Assembly (NCBI GenBank): GCA_034521595.1
Contig: JAXHMG010000003.1
Location: forward strand, 1,952,001 to 2,016,000
Source of the DNA: Gemmatimonadota bacterium
GTDB taxonomy: Bacteria > Gemmatimonadota > Gemmatimonadetes > Longimicrobiales > Gaopeijiaceae
Length of the DNA: 64,000 nucleotides
Direction: 5' to 3'
The position numbers were made by a program, and so were the translations under genes. The notes below the pieces were generated by a model that was not told the DNA's origin, did no database searches, and saw nothing but the letters and a program-made list of their open reading frames with translations. Positions 1 through 8,585 of this stretch are shown here, one piece after another (the first letter of the stretch is position 1; each line of letters begins with the position of its first letter).

Positions 1-37
1 GCTCCGCCCACCAGACCTCGCCGCGCGCGACTACCAA
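1..37 (-). CDS. MazF/PemK-family toxin, 5' end only (runs off window)
   Basis: TTG-start MVVARGEVWWAE resembles the MazF/PemK N-terminus; overlaps the stop of the upstream antitoxin. Confidence 0.7.
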   Translation of the reverse strand, partial: MVVARGEVWWAE

Positions 38-267
38 TCCGGCGAGCCGACGCTTCGGGCCTGTGCGGTGCGAACGGCCGGATCGAGCCCACTGGCTTCG
101 TCGCCGTACACCTCGTTCAGACGCGCCGTGATGTCCTCGTTCCGGTGTTTGGCCACGTACTCCGCCACCGCTCGCGCGTACAGCTCGCTCCGGGACAGCC
201 CGAGCCGATCCGCCACCTCGTCCGCCGCCTCGTAGATCTCGTCAGGGACCGATATCGCAATCTTCAT
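31..267 (-). CDS. Ribbon-helix-helix (CopG-like) antitoxin
   Basis: 78 aa, MKIAISVPDEIYEAADEVADRLGLSRSELYARAV; coupled to a MazF-like start. Confidence 0.8.
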   Translation of the reverse strand: MKIAISVPDEIYEAADEVADRLGLSRSELYARAVAEYVAKHRNEDITARLNEVYGDEASGLDPAVRTAQARSVGSPDW

Positions 268-319
268 ACTTATATCATACTATTGTCACACCCGCGTCGC
301 CAATGCTCATGCCGCCGTA

Positions 320-535
320 TCCTACCCCCCGCTGCTCCAACATGAAGGCCACCGCCTGCCGGGGCGTGACCGGACCCATGGGATGGTGCTCGTCCTCGTA
401 GTGCTCGACCAGCACGGACAGGAACTCGAGGCGGTCGTAGCCCTCGGAACCCGCTTGCACGTCGGCATCGAGAAGTCGCTCGATCTCCCCGAGGGCAGCC
501 TCGTACTCGCCCTCGTCCCGGAGCTCGTGAGGGGA
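320..535 (-). pseudogene. HigA-type antitoxin N-terminal fragment (HTH missing)
   Basis: EGEYEAALGEIERLLD...YDRLEFLSVLVEHYEDEHHP...AVAFMLEQRG; similarity stops before the HTH. Confidence 0.7.
398..434. repeat. Direct repeat copy 1 (higA segment); partner 1934-1970
   Basis: gtagtgctcgaccagcacggacaggaactcgaggcgg vs gtagtgctcgagcaacacggacaggagctcgaggcgg, 34/37 identical. Confidence 0.9.
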
Positions 536-636
536 CTGATACGCTCGTCCCTTGGCCCGGCGTGTCAATCGATGCACCAGGCCCCACCGCGCGTCTGCAC
601 CTCTGCCTCCAACAAGCCGGGAGCCATCTCCAGGGA

Positions 637-1815
637 CTACGGGTTGTCGTACATGAAGCGAACGACAGCATCAGCCACGAACAGCTTGTTCTTGGACCGC
701 CCGGTCGCCTCACGAAGCACACCGGCGTCCTCCAGCTTGTGGACGCTGTACGCCGCGGTCTGGTGACTCGTGTCCAGCACGTTCGCCGCATGCTTGATCG
801 AAATGACCGGTGTATGAAATAGGCGGTCGATCAAGTGGATGACACGAGCGGAAGCGCCTTCCGCTTGGAAACGGCCGCGATACTCCTGGCGCTTCGCGAC
901 CAGCGCGACCGTGCGGTCCACGGCTTCCTGTGCGGCCGTATCCACGCCGAGCAGGAAGAAGTTCAACCACTCGGTCCAAGATCCTCGTTGGCTGACGGCC
1001 AACAGCAGGTCTACGTATTCGTCGCGGTGGCGTGCAAAGTACGAGCTCATGTACAGCATGGGGGCGTCGAGCCGCCCGTGCCCACACATCAAGAGCGGGA
1101 TCATGAGCCGTCCGATACGCCCGTTGCCGTCGCGAAACGGGTGGATGGCTTCGAATTGGTAATGGATGAACGCGAGTTGGATGAGGAGAGGTGTGGACTC
1201 CTCGGTTTGCTCCTGATTGATGTAGCGCTCCAATGCAGCAAGAGCAGCGTGCATCTGAATCGGGGGCGGAGGGACGAAGCGGGCTTCCCCGATGGGGTCT
1301 GCTCGATTGCCGATCCAGTTTTGGCTCTCGCGAAACTCCCCCGGCCTGTCACGCTCGCCGCGCACATCCGTGAGGAGGATCTCGTGAAGTTTCTTGATGA
1401 CAGAAAGCGTGAGCGGTTCTTGGCGAATGATATCGAGGCCCTTCTCCATGGCACGGACATAGTTGGCCACTTCTTTCGTGTCGTGGTCCGCCGTCTGCTG
1501 CTCACCGCCAGAGTCTCTCTCATCCGCCTCCAGGAGGAGCAACCGCTCCGGCGTGGTGATGGTGCCCTCGATCCGGCTGGACAGGATCGCTTCCCTGCGC
1601 AGGAGCGGAGAGGAGACCAAATACGGACTGAACTCGGACCCGCTGGACATGCCTTGGAGACGCCCAACCGATGCGGCGGCTCTCGCCAGACGCCGAATGG
1701 TTGAATCCTCCAACCCGAAATCCGTGGGTATTGGACCGGGAACGAACGCGAGTGCTTTTTCAATCGTCGGAGCCAACTGACCCGGGGCGTCGTCGGAAAA
1801 GTCGGAAGCCTTCAA
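637..1815 (-). CDS. Fic-family protein (N-terminal inhibitory helix, C-terminal HTH-like region)
   Basis: Fic motif HPFRDGNGRIGR; SSRIEG inhibitory-type motif; 392 aa. Confidence 0.92.
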   Translation of the reverse strand: MKASDFSDDAPGQLAPTIEKALAFVPGPIPTDFGLEDSTIRRLARAAASVGRLQGMSSGSEFSPYLVSSPLLRREAILSSRIEGTITTPERLLLLEADERDSGGEQQTADHDTKEVANYVRAMEKGLDIIRQEPLTLSVIKKLHEILLTDVRGERDRPGEFRESQNWIGNRADPIGEARFVPPPPIQMHAALAALERYINQEQTEESTPLLIQLAFIHYQFEAIHPFRDGNGRIGRLMIPLLMCGHGRLDAPMLYMSSYFARHRDEYVDLLLAVSQRGSWTEWLNFFLLGVDTAAQEAVDRTVALVAKRQEYRGRFQAEGASARVIHLIDRLFHTPVISIKHAANVLDTSHQTAAYSVHKLEDAGVLREATGRSKNKLFVADAVVRFMYDNP

Positions 1816-1933
1816 GAGAGTGTCCTAGGTTTTTTGGAACCCGAGCTGGAAGAACAAAAAGATACCCCGATATTTTGTACTAGATCCCACTTCCTCGGAT
1901 CTTTTTGGATTGGAACCGAAGACACACCGTAAG

Positions 1934-2012
1934 GTAGTGCTCGAGCAACACGGACAGGAGCTCGAGGCGGCCATACTTCGCCGGTACTTGTTGCCGCCGA
2001 TATTGAAGACCG
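1934..2012 (-). pseudogene. Fused higB and higA micro-fragments; contains repeat copy 2 (1934-1970)
   Basis: Minus strand encodes SVFNIGGNKYR (HigB-type motif) directly followed by YGRLELLSVLLEHY (HigA segment). Confidence 0.7.
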
Positions 2013-2112
2013 ATCGAGATATGTCGGAGGCTCGTCGCCGTAGCGATCCTGATCACGGGCGCCCTTTGGGTTGTTGTTCCCCGAACCGACGAGTCGCATT
2101 ACAATGTATGAC

Positions 2113-2334
2113 ATGAAGACTTCGGCACTGACCATTCGGCTGGACCCCGATCTCGAGGCGCAACTGGACCGCGCAGCCAAGCGGGCCGGGCGCACGCGTA
2201 GCGAGTTCGTACGCGACGCGCTCCGGCGACAGATCGCCCTCGCCGAGTTCGAGAACCTCCGACGGCGCGTCATGCCTTTCGCCGAGGCCCAGGGATATCT
2301 GACGGATGAGGACGTCTTCCACGACGTCTCGTGA
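2113..2334 (+). CDS. CopG/RHH antitoxin
   Basis: MKTSALTIRLDPDLEAQLDRAAKRAGRTRSEFVRDALRRQ; GTGA overlap with the PIN gene. Confidence 0.85.
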   Translation: MKTSALTIRLDPDLEAQLDRAAKRAGRTRSEFVRDALRRQIALAEFENLRRRVMPFAEAQGYLTDEDVFHDVS

Positions 2335-2738
2335 GGGTCTTTCTCGACACGAACGTCCTCGTTTCGGCATTCGGTACGCGAGGGCTCTGCTCCGACGTCT
2401 TTCACGTCGTGCTCGCCGAACACCAGCTCGTCCTCGGGACCACGGTCCTCGACGAGCTCCCTCACGTGCTCACCCGGAAGTTCCGCGCGGCCGAATCCCT
2501 GGCGCGAGAGGCCACGGACTTTCTGCGCCAGCAGGCGCACGTGGTGGAAGCGAGCACCGACGTCGGATTCGAGATCCGCGACCCTGACGATGTGCCCGTC
2601 GTCGGCGAGGCGCTAGCTGGTCAGGTCGATGTCCTCGTGACCGGGGACGCGGACATCCTGGATGTGGCAGACACAGCGCCGATCCGAATCCTGAGCCCGC
2701 GCGCGTTCTGGGAGTCGTTGCGCACGGAAGGTCGGTGA
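2331..2738 (+). CDS. PIN-domain toxin (VapC-like)
   Basis: MRVFLDTNVLVSA...RDPDDVPVV..A..GQVDVLVTGDADIL PIN motifs. Confidence 0.9.
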   Translation: MRVFLDTNVLVSAFGTRGLCSDVFHVVLAEHQLVLGTTVLDELPHVLTRKFRAAESLAREATDFLRQQAHVVEASTDVGFEIRDPDDVPVVGEALAGQVDVLVTGDADILDVADTAPIRILSPRAFWESLRTEGR

Positions 2739-2784
2739 GCGTCAGCACCTCACGTCGCCCCATCGAACTGTCCGGAGCAACCGA

Positions 2785-3930
2785 TCAATCGCCATAGATT
2801 GTCGTCAGGATCGGAGCGGAGAAGTAAGTCAACTGTGGAGCGCCCTTCAGGAGCCGCACGATTCCGGCTCGTTCCAGTTTCCGGAGATCGCTGCGTGCCG
2901 TGGGGTAGGTTACATCGAACCGATCCCGTGCGTCCGTCACCCGAACCATTGGATTCAAGAAGAGCTCGTCCACAAGAGCCGAGAGCCTGGTGCTGGCCCC
3001 CATCTGGTTCACCCGCTCGTGGAAATCCCGATTCAACTCGATCAATGCTCCGCAACGTGCGGCCGTGTCTTCGGCCTGGACCACGACTCCCTCGAGGCAG
3101 AAACGGATCCAACTGTCCCAGTCTCTGCGAGAGCTCACGGCAAACATCAGGTCGATGTAGTCGTCCTTGTTCCTGTCGAAGAAGTCGCTCATGTAGAGCC
3201 ACGGCGCCGAGAGCTCACACCATTCCTCGATCGAGATGGCGAGAAGCAGTCTTCCGACGCGGCCGTTCCCATCCATGAATGGATGGATGGTCTCGAACTG
3301 ATAGTGAGCTACGAAAGAACGCACGAGCGGGTCGAGACCGTCGTCCGCATGCAGGTACTTCTCGAAGTTGTCCAAGAGATCCGGGACGAGATTCGCTGGC
3401 GGAGGGACGAACCTGGGTGGGCGACCGACTTGGTTCTGGAGCCGTCGAAATTCTCCGGGAGCGCGATCGGACCCACGGACCCCGTCCATCAGAACTTCGT
3501 GAAGCGTCTTGGTGAGCCTCCATGAAAGCGGAAGGTCATCCTTTTCTCGTCGCAGTCGCAGAGCACGAGCGTAATTGGAGACCTCTCGCCGAGCATTTCT
3601 GGGATCTGCCACATTTCGGGGCAACTCCGGCTCGAGCTCGAAGAGCATCTGCTCTTCGGGCTCGGTATACGTCCCCTCGAGACTCGAAGATTTCTGTGCT
3701 TCTCGATTCTGGAGCGGCCGGAGCAGCAGGTCGGGATTGGGTAGATACCGACCGACGCCATTCAGATCCGCCAAGGCGACTCGGGCCTCGGTTAGGAGCG
3801 GCCATAAGCCCGCTGGAAACGTCCAATCCGGAGGCAGGGGATCCGGGCAGAACGCGTGCGTAACGTCCCGAACGCCCGAGACGGGGACCAGCTTACCAGG
3901 GGACTTCGGGCCAAAAGCCGAAGGGTCCAT
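2785..3930 (-). CDS. Fic-family protein (second paralog)
   Basis: HPFMDGNGRVGR motif; SSSLEG motif; C-terminal VTYPTARSDLRKLE HTH-like segment. Confidence 0.92.
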   Translation of the reverse strand: MDPSAFGPKSPGKLVPVSGVRDVTHAFCPDPLPPDWTFPAGLWPLLTEARVALADLNGVGRYLPNPDLLLRPLQNREAQKSSSLEGTYTEPEEQMLFELEPELPRNVADPRNARREVSNYARALRLRREKDDLPLSWRLTKTLHEVLMDGVRGSDRAPGEFRRLQNQVGRPPRFVPPPANLVPDLLDNFEKYLHADDGLDPLVRSFVAHYQFETIHPFMDGNGRVGRLLLAISIEEWCELSAPWLYMSDFFDRNKDDYIDLMFAVSSRRDWDSWIRFCLEGVVVQAEDTAARCGALIELNRDFHERVNQMGASTRLSALVDELFLNPMVRVTDARDRFDVTYPTARSDLRKLERAGIVRLLKGAPQLTYFSAPILTTIYGD

Positions 3931-3949
3931 TCGAGCGAGGGCAGGAGGC

Positions 3950-4015
3950 TTTAACGGAGCGCGATGTGATTAAAATCTTGCGCGATAAATTTTAACGCAA
4001 GGACCCTTCGTTAAA
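3950..4015. promoter_or_regulatory. Symmetric AT-rich operator-like region upstream of fic
   Basis: tttaacg/cgttaaa and ttaaaat/attttaa pairs share one dyad centre near 3982. Confidence 0.5.
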
Positions 4016-4190
4016 CTCGATTCAAGTCCCGCTCGACATCCAGGTCGTAGGCGGTCTGAAGATTGAGCCAGAAGCGCTCCGACGTGCCGAAGTACCGCGC
4101 GAGCCGGAGCGCCGTGTCCGCCGTCACCGACCGCTTGCCATGAACGATCTCGTTGATGCGACGGGGTGGGACGCTGATATCCTTGGCCGA
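4011..4190 (-). pseudogene. HigA/VapI-type HTH antitoxin, N-terminally truncated
   Basis: AKDISVPPRRINEIVHGKRSVTADTALRLARYFGTSERFWLNLQTAYDL; the usual HPGE N-terminus is absent. Confidence 0.8.
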
Positions 4191-4282
4191 CGTGTTTGGT
4201 CGATCGGATCCCACTACCGCCGGCAGGCCGGAACCACGATCCTCGCTTCGACCCATCCGCACCTGAAGGAGTCCGCAGGCCC

Positions 4283-5239
4283 ATGAAGGTTCTCGTCACC
4301 GGAGCAGCCGGGTTCATCGGCTCTCATGTCACCGACCGGCTGCTCGCGAGGGGCGACCACGTTCACGGGCTGGATTCGTTCGATGACTTCTATCCCGGGG
4401 AGGTGAAGCGCAATCAGCTGGACGGGGCCATGTCCCGCGCGTCGTTCAGCCTGACGGAGGGCGACATTCGCGACATCGAGATCCTGGAGCGCCTTCCGGA
4501 GGATCTCGACGCGATCGTGCACTTCGCGGCGCGCGTCGGTGTGCGGCCTTCGATTGCGAACCCGGCGCTGTACTCGGACGTGAACGTCACGGGCACGGCC
4601 CGCCTGTTGGAGTTCGCCCGCCAACGAAACATCCGCACCTTCGTCTTCGCTTCGTCCAGCTCCATCTACGGGAACAACCGTAAGGTCCCGTTTTCGGAGT
4701 CCGACCGGGTGGACCATCCGATTTCTCCCTACGCCGCGACCAAGAAGGCGGGCGAGCTCCTCTGCCACGCCGCCACGCACCTGGACGGCATCAGCACGGT
4801 TTGCCTTCGCTTCTTCACGGTGTACGGACCTCGCCAGCGCCCCGACCTGGCCATGCACAAGTTCGCCGGACTTCTTCGAGACGGCACGCCGATTCCGCTC
4901 TTCGGCGACGGCACGTCCCGGCGAGATTACACGTTCATCGACGATGCCTGCGACGGCGTGCTCGCCGCCCTGGACTGGGCGTCGCAGGAAGGGGCCCGGC
5001 ACGAAGTGATCAACCTCGGGGGAGGTGAGCCGATCGCCTTGCAGGACATGATCGATGTCCTCGCCGACGAAATGAACGTCGAGCCGCGCATCCGGCACCT
5101 TCCCCCGCAACCGGGAGACGTCGAACGAACGTTCGCGGATATCGAGAAGGCGGAGCGCCTACTGGGATACCGGCCGCAGGTGGACTTTCGAGTCGGGATC
5201 CGGCGGTTTCTCGAGTGGTTTCACGGCCGGCCGATCTAG
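4283..5239 (+). CDS. NAD-dependent epimerase/dehydratase (UDP-glucuronate 4-epimerase-like)
   Basis: [36 protein letters not shown] motifs. Confidence 0.93.
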   Translation: MKVLVTGAAGFIGSHVTDRLLARGDHVHGLDSFDDFYPGEVKRNQLDGAMSRASFSLTEGDIRDIEILERLPEDLDAIVHFAARVGVRPSIANPALYSDVNVTGTARLLEFARQRNIRTFVFASSSSIYGNNRKVPFSESDRVDHPISPYAATKKAGELLCHAATHLDGISTVCLRFFTVYGPRQRPDLAMHKFAGLLRDGTPIPLFGDGTSRRDYTFIDDACDGVLAALDWASQEGARHEVINLGGGEPIALQDMIDVLADEMNVEPRIRHLPPQPGDVERTFADIEKAERLLGYRPQVDFRVGIRRFLEWFHGRPI

Positions 5240-5530
5240 TTACCCTCGCTCCTTCCAGTATCCCGGTCGCCGACGCAGGTGCATTACAGCCTGAACGACG
5301 ACAACGTCCGAATCCTCGCGGTAGATCACGGCGAAGGGGAACCGCCTGCAGAAGGCTCGACGATACGGACCTTCGAGAGGACTTCCAGCTCCGGGATTCT
5401 CGGAGATGTGTCGGAAGACCCGCTGAGCCTCTTCGAAAAAATCACGTCCCAACCCTGCGGCCCGTTCCTCGTAGAAAGCCGAGGCCTCAGCGACCTCGGC
5501 CCGGGCCAGTGGATGAAGTCGTACTACCAC
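5240..5530 (-). CDS. RelE/ParE-family toxin
   Basis: HPLARAEVAEASAFYE...RRFPFAVIY...AVMHLRRRPGYW. Confidence 0.88.
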   Translation of the reverse strand: MVVRLHPLARAEVAEASAFYEERAAGLGRDFFEEAQRVFRHISENPGAGSPLEGPYRRAFCRRFPFAVIYREDSDVVVVQAVMHLRRRPGYWKERG

Positions 5531-5745
5531 CCAAACCGTTCGCGGATGGAGGTCAGGGCATCTTCGAGCGGGATGGTCTCTACTGCGCCGGACTGGATCT
5601 CCTGATCCCTCCGTCGGACCTCGGCGATCCAGGCAGCTTCGATCTCAGCGTCCTCGTCCAGGCTGGCGATGAGGCGCTCCGCGAGCCGAGCTCGCTCAGC
5701 GGTCGGAAGCTGCAGAAGCTCCTGTTCGATCTGGTCGGTGGTCAT
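5524..5745 (-). CDS. Addiction-module antitoxin
   Basis: LQLPTAERARLAERLIASLD...AWIAEVRRR; overlaps the ParE start. Confidence 0.88.
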   Translation of the reverse strand: MTTDQIEQELLQLPTAERARLAERLIASLDEDAEIEAAWIAEVRRRDQEIQSGAVETIPLEDALTSIRERFGW

Positions 5746-5844
5746 GGTCTTCTCGAGAAGGGTCGAATCGTTCCCAACGATACCTTCCTACACCACACCG
5801 GGCCACTTCGTTGACCCGTGTCCGTTAATACACGGATTTCCAAG

Positions 5845-5904
5845 CTTCAATCTCCCCGACGAAACGGGGCGCCAGAATACGGCGATGCGACGGCTGACGC
5901 CGCC
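5845..5904. repeat. 60 bp imperfect repeat R, copy 1
   Basis: 50/60 identical to 9001-9060; 34/42 identical to 24451-24492. Confidence 0.85.
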
Positions 5905-5993
5905 CGCAGTCGAGCCGGACCGTCCATTCGGTCCAACACCGCGTTGTACTGGGCCCAAGCTTCCGGGTCGGTATCCAGGGGGCGTGAGATCAT
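5847..5993 (-). pseudogene. Small TA-associated protein, apparently truncated where it enters repeat R
   Basis: MISRPLDTDPEAWAQYNAVLDRMDGPARLRA, then reads into repeat R; family assignment from recall only. Confidence 0.4.
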
Positions 5994-6077
5994 GCCAAGA
6001 ATCTACACTCGCCCACGGACACGTGCACGGTAAAGCCCCGGTGCGGCCGGCGCCCCGCGACGGGGTGGAAGGTGCGG

Positions 6078-6374
6078 TCAGTAATGGTATCGGCACATCA
6101 AGAAGTCGATGCGCTCATCCCGGACCAAATATACGAGACGATGCTCCTGAGTGATTCTCCGAGACCAGATATCGGCACCGAGGTGACGGAGAGGTTCAGG
6201 TTTTCCGATGCCGTGAACGGGGTCCCGCATCACGGCCTCGATGAGCTTCAGAACCCGAAGCGCAGTCTTCCGATCGGTATCGACCCAGAAGCGGAGGTCC
6301 TCCCGAAATTCGTCCTGAAATACCGACAGCCGAACGTCCGCGTCGAGATCATCCTTCCGTTTCTTCGAGGCCAA
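6078..6374 (-). CDS. yoeB: Txe/YoeB-family toxin
   Basis: EDLRFW...GIGKPEPLRH...WSRRITQEHRLVY...CRYHY. Confidence 0.93.
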   Translation of the reverse strand: MASKKRKDDLDADVRLSVFQDEFREDLRFWVDTDRKTALRVLKLIEAVMRDPVHGIGKPEPLRHLGADIWSRRITQEHRLVYLVRDERIDFLMCRYHY

Positions 6375-6639
6375 CTTCGCTTCGGAGCTCGTCGAGGGTC
6401 TCGGGGGCTACGCGGGACTCCAGCGAACGCTGAAGTGCACGGAGGAGGCGGCGTGCGTTCTCGGGAGAACGGAGCAAGTGGGCGGTTTCCTCAATGGAAC
6501 GATACTCAGCCGCGGGGAGCAGAACCATTTCTTCGCGGCTCCGGCGAGAGATGTAAACCGGTTCCTGATCGTCCGCGGCTTGGTCGAGCAGCGACGCGAA
6601 GTTCTGTCGCGCGTAGCTATATGAAACCTTGGTGGCCAT
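6349..6639 (-). CDS. yefM: Phd/YefM-family antitoxin
   Basis: VSYSYARQNFASLLD...SIEETAHLLRSPENARRL. Confidence 0.93.
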   Translation of the reverse strand: MATKVSYSYARQNFASLLDQAADDQEPVYISRRSREEMVLLPAAEYRSIEETAHLLRSPENARRLLRALQRSLESRVAPETLDELRSEVGLEETEG

Positions 6640-6652
6640 GGGAAAGCTCCAG

Positions 6653-6677
6653 AGTACTTGTACAAGGACAATGTACA
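6653..6677. promoter_or_regulatory. YefM-type operator (TGTACA palindromes)
   Basis: TGTACA at 6659-6664 and 6672-6677, AGTACT at 6653-6658, just upstream of yefM; E. coli YefM binds TGTACA cores. Confidence 0.7.
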
Positions 6678-6754
6678 ACTACGGCGTATGAGTCAAGGGT
6701 GGGGTATGACGACTCCGGGCGTGGAATGTCAACGCCGCCGCCAGAGCAGGACGT

Positions 6755-7009
6755 TCAGCGGATCGCTTCTGCCTCATCGAGTCGGCGGCGGAGTCCATCC
6801 GGCGCGACGTCGAGACCTCCCGGCCAGGCGATGGTGCCGGAGTCCTCATCGATGTACACCTTACGAAACTCCCTCTCGTCCTCCCACACGGCAAAAACGC
6901 CCTGCCCCACGAGATGGGCCAATGAGACCTCGCCTTCCTGCCCATCCGCGAAGCGGATCCAGACGCGATAGTGCGCCCGAGGTTCGACGGCGACGATTCG
7001 GTCGAGCAT
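6755..7009 (-). CDS. DUF2442-family protein
   Basis: IVAVEPRAHYRVWIRFADG...GTIAWPGGLDVAPD. Confidence 0.85.
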   Translation of the reverse strand: MLDRIVAVEPRAHYRVWIRFADGQEGEVSLAHLVGQGVFAVWEDEREFRKVYIDEDSGTIAWPGGLDVAPDGLRRRLDEAEAIR

Positions 7010-7011
7010 AG

Positions 7012-7272
7012 TCACTCCAGAGGTTCGATTCTGGACAAGGTTTCCTTGGCAACCGCCTCGCGCCAGACCTGCCGTAGTGCCTGACGATGCCGGGCGGCCC
7101 ACTCCGCCACCAGCCCCATCGCCCTCGGCGGCAGATCCCCTCGTAATACCCGCCCATCATCGATTCGGATCACGGCCTCCGCCCCGGCGTACCGCGCATG
7201 GAAATGCGGCGGTGCGTGGTCGTCGAAGTAGACGTAGATCGAGATGCCGAAGAACTCGGAAACCTTGGGCAC
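7012..7272 (-). CDS. DUF4160-family protein
   Basis: MPKVSEFFGISIYVYFDDHAPPHFHARY; usual partner of DUF2442. Confidence 0.88.
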   Translation of the reverse strand: MPKVSEFFGISIYVYFDDHAPPHFHARYAGAEAVIRIDDGRVLRGDLPPRAMGLVAEWAARHRQALRQVWREAVAKETLSRIEPLE

Positions 7273-7354
7273 GATCGGGACCTGAAGAGGAGCGCGTAGC
7301 CAGATTGAGGTCCCACACGCTACTTCCCGGATCGGGGCGTTCCGATGGCAGGAT

Positions 7355-7379
7355 CGGCCGGGGTCGTCCTCGACCTCAC
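7355..7379 (-). pseudogene. Stub of a RelE-like toxin (first ~8 codons)
   Basis: GTG AGG TCG AGG ACG ACC CCG = MRSRTTP overlapping the antitoxin stop (GTGA); the frame ends after ~19 codons. Confidence 0.45.
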
Positions 7380-7594
7380 CCGCGCTCGAACGACAGCGGT
7401 TCGGTCCGACCGTTCTCGGCCGCGATCGCTGCCGCATCCGCGAGGCGACCCAACGCGTCCTGAGATCGTCCGAAGCGCTCGTCCCAAAGGGCTTCGTCTT
7501 CGAGCTCGGCGAGGATCTCCTGCGCCAAGCGATCCTGCTCGCTGGCCGGCAGGGTAGCGGCTCGCTTGAAGGCCTTATCCAGTAGCTCCGTCAT
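7376..7594 (-). CDS. Putative antitoxin (72 aa)
   Basis: MTELLDKAFKRAATLPASEQDRLAQEILAELEDEALWDERF; strong RBS gaggagaggag upstream. Confidence 0.75.
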   Translation of the reverse strand: MTELLDKAFKRAATLPASEQDRLAQEILAELEDEALWDERFGRSQDALGRLADAAAIAAENGRTEPLSFERG

Positions 7595-7754
7595 GGAACG
7601 CTCCGTCTCCTCTCCTCGACGTAGTAACGGTTCCGTCGTCGGGTGTATCCGGCGCGGCCGACCACGGATCCGACTCACGTGGGCCGATTCGAGAATACGA
7701 TGCACTCGGCTTCCGGGCCACGATCGTCCGAGTGTCAACGAGGTGGAGCCATGT

Positions 7755-8573
7755 CTAGAGTGGCGCAGCAGCATGTGCATCCGTGACCTCGGACAGTTCG
7801 AAGTAATCGAGGTTGAGGGTGCTGATCTCCGAATACCTCAAGAGGAATAGGTCTCCTCGGATATCGTAGTAACGATCGTCGGGGAAGTCGTTGCTGGCCG
7901 GTGAGGTTTCGGGGTGAGGGGATCGATCGTCCGTGATGTGTCGGCGATGAGCCATACGCAGGAATATCTTGTCCAACTCGCCATGACGTCCAAACGAGAA
8001 GTCAGCAACCAATCCTCGGTACAAGTACGCTTGATCTCCGTGGCATACGACGGCTGACAGATAGACGCCGTCGATCTCAGTGGAATCATCGGGCATTTCT
8101 GCGAACTGGAGGATCTCGCCAGTCAGTAGGTAGTACCATTCGTTATTGAACCGCAGAGCACGATGCCTAAGATCGAGCTTGAAGTGGCGGACAAGCCAAT
8201 GAGTTCCGACACCAAGCAGTGCTGCGGCGGTGCAGAGGCTGAACAGGTAGCCCGAGATCGGAAGGAGGTGGCCAGAGACCGCGCTCAACGCGGCATGAAA
8301 CGTGGCCGCACTGGAGTCGTACGCCCCACTGAGGAGGAGCAGAACAGATTCAAGGTCGATGTCCCGGCCCCAACTGGGGATGATCGGCACGACCTTGACC
8401 CAGGCGGCGTGTAGAGGAACCGCGAATGCGAGCCCGTAGGCTATCTCATCTGTCAGGCTGCCCAGTGAGGTCGGACTCGCCCATCGCCATGGCCCCCGGG
8501 CATATGAATAGCGGAGGGTGATGCCCGGAAGAGTCAGCAGAAAAAGGAGAAGGACCGGAAAGGCGAGGTTCAC
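7755..8573 (-). CDS. Uncharacterised membrane protein (several TM helices plus soluble C-domain; possibly DUF6338-like)
   Basis: 272 aa; hydrophobic N-half (LLLFLLTLPG), C-half LRFNNEWYYLLTGE...YLYRG...IRGDLFLLRYSEI; lower GC than the flanks. Confidence 0.7.
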   Translation of the reverse strand: MNLAFPVLLLFLLTLPGITLRYSYARGPWRWASPTSLGSLTDEIAYGLAFAVPLHAAWVKVVPIIPSWGRDIDLESVLLLLSGAYDSSAATFHAALSAVSGHLLPISGYLFSLCTAAALLGVGTHWLVRHFKLDLRHRALRFNNEWYYLLTGEILQFAEMPDDSTEIDGVYLSAVVCHGDQAYLYRGLVADFSFGRHGELDKIFLRMAHRRHITDDRSPHPETSPASNDFPDDRYYDIRGDLFLLRYSEISTLNLDYFELSEVTDAHAAAPL

Positions 8574-8585
8574 CTAAGGCACCGG

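Noticed and set aside
1812-2540. 242 aa minus-strand ORF
   Set aside because: Antisense to the RHH-PIN pair; no coherent protein family.
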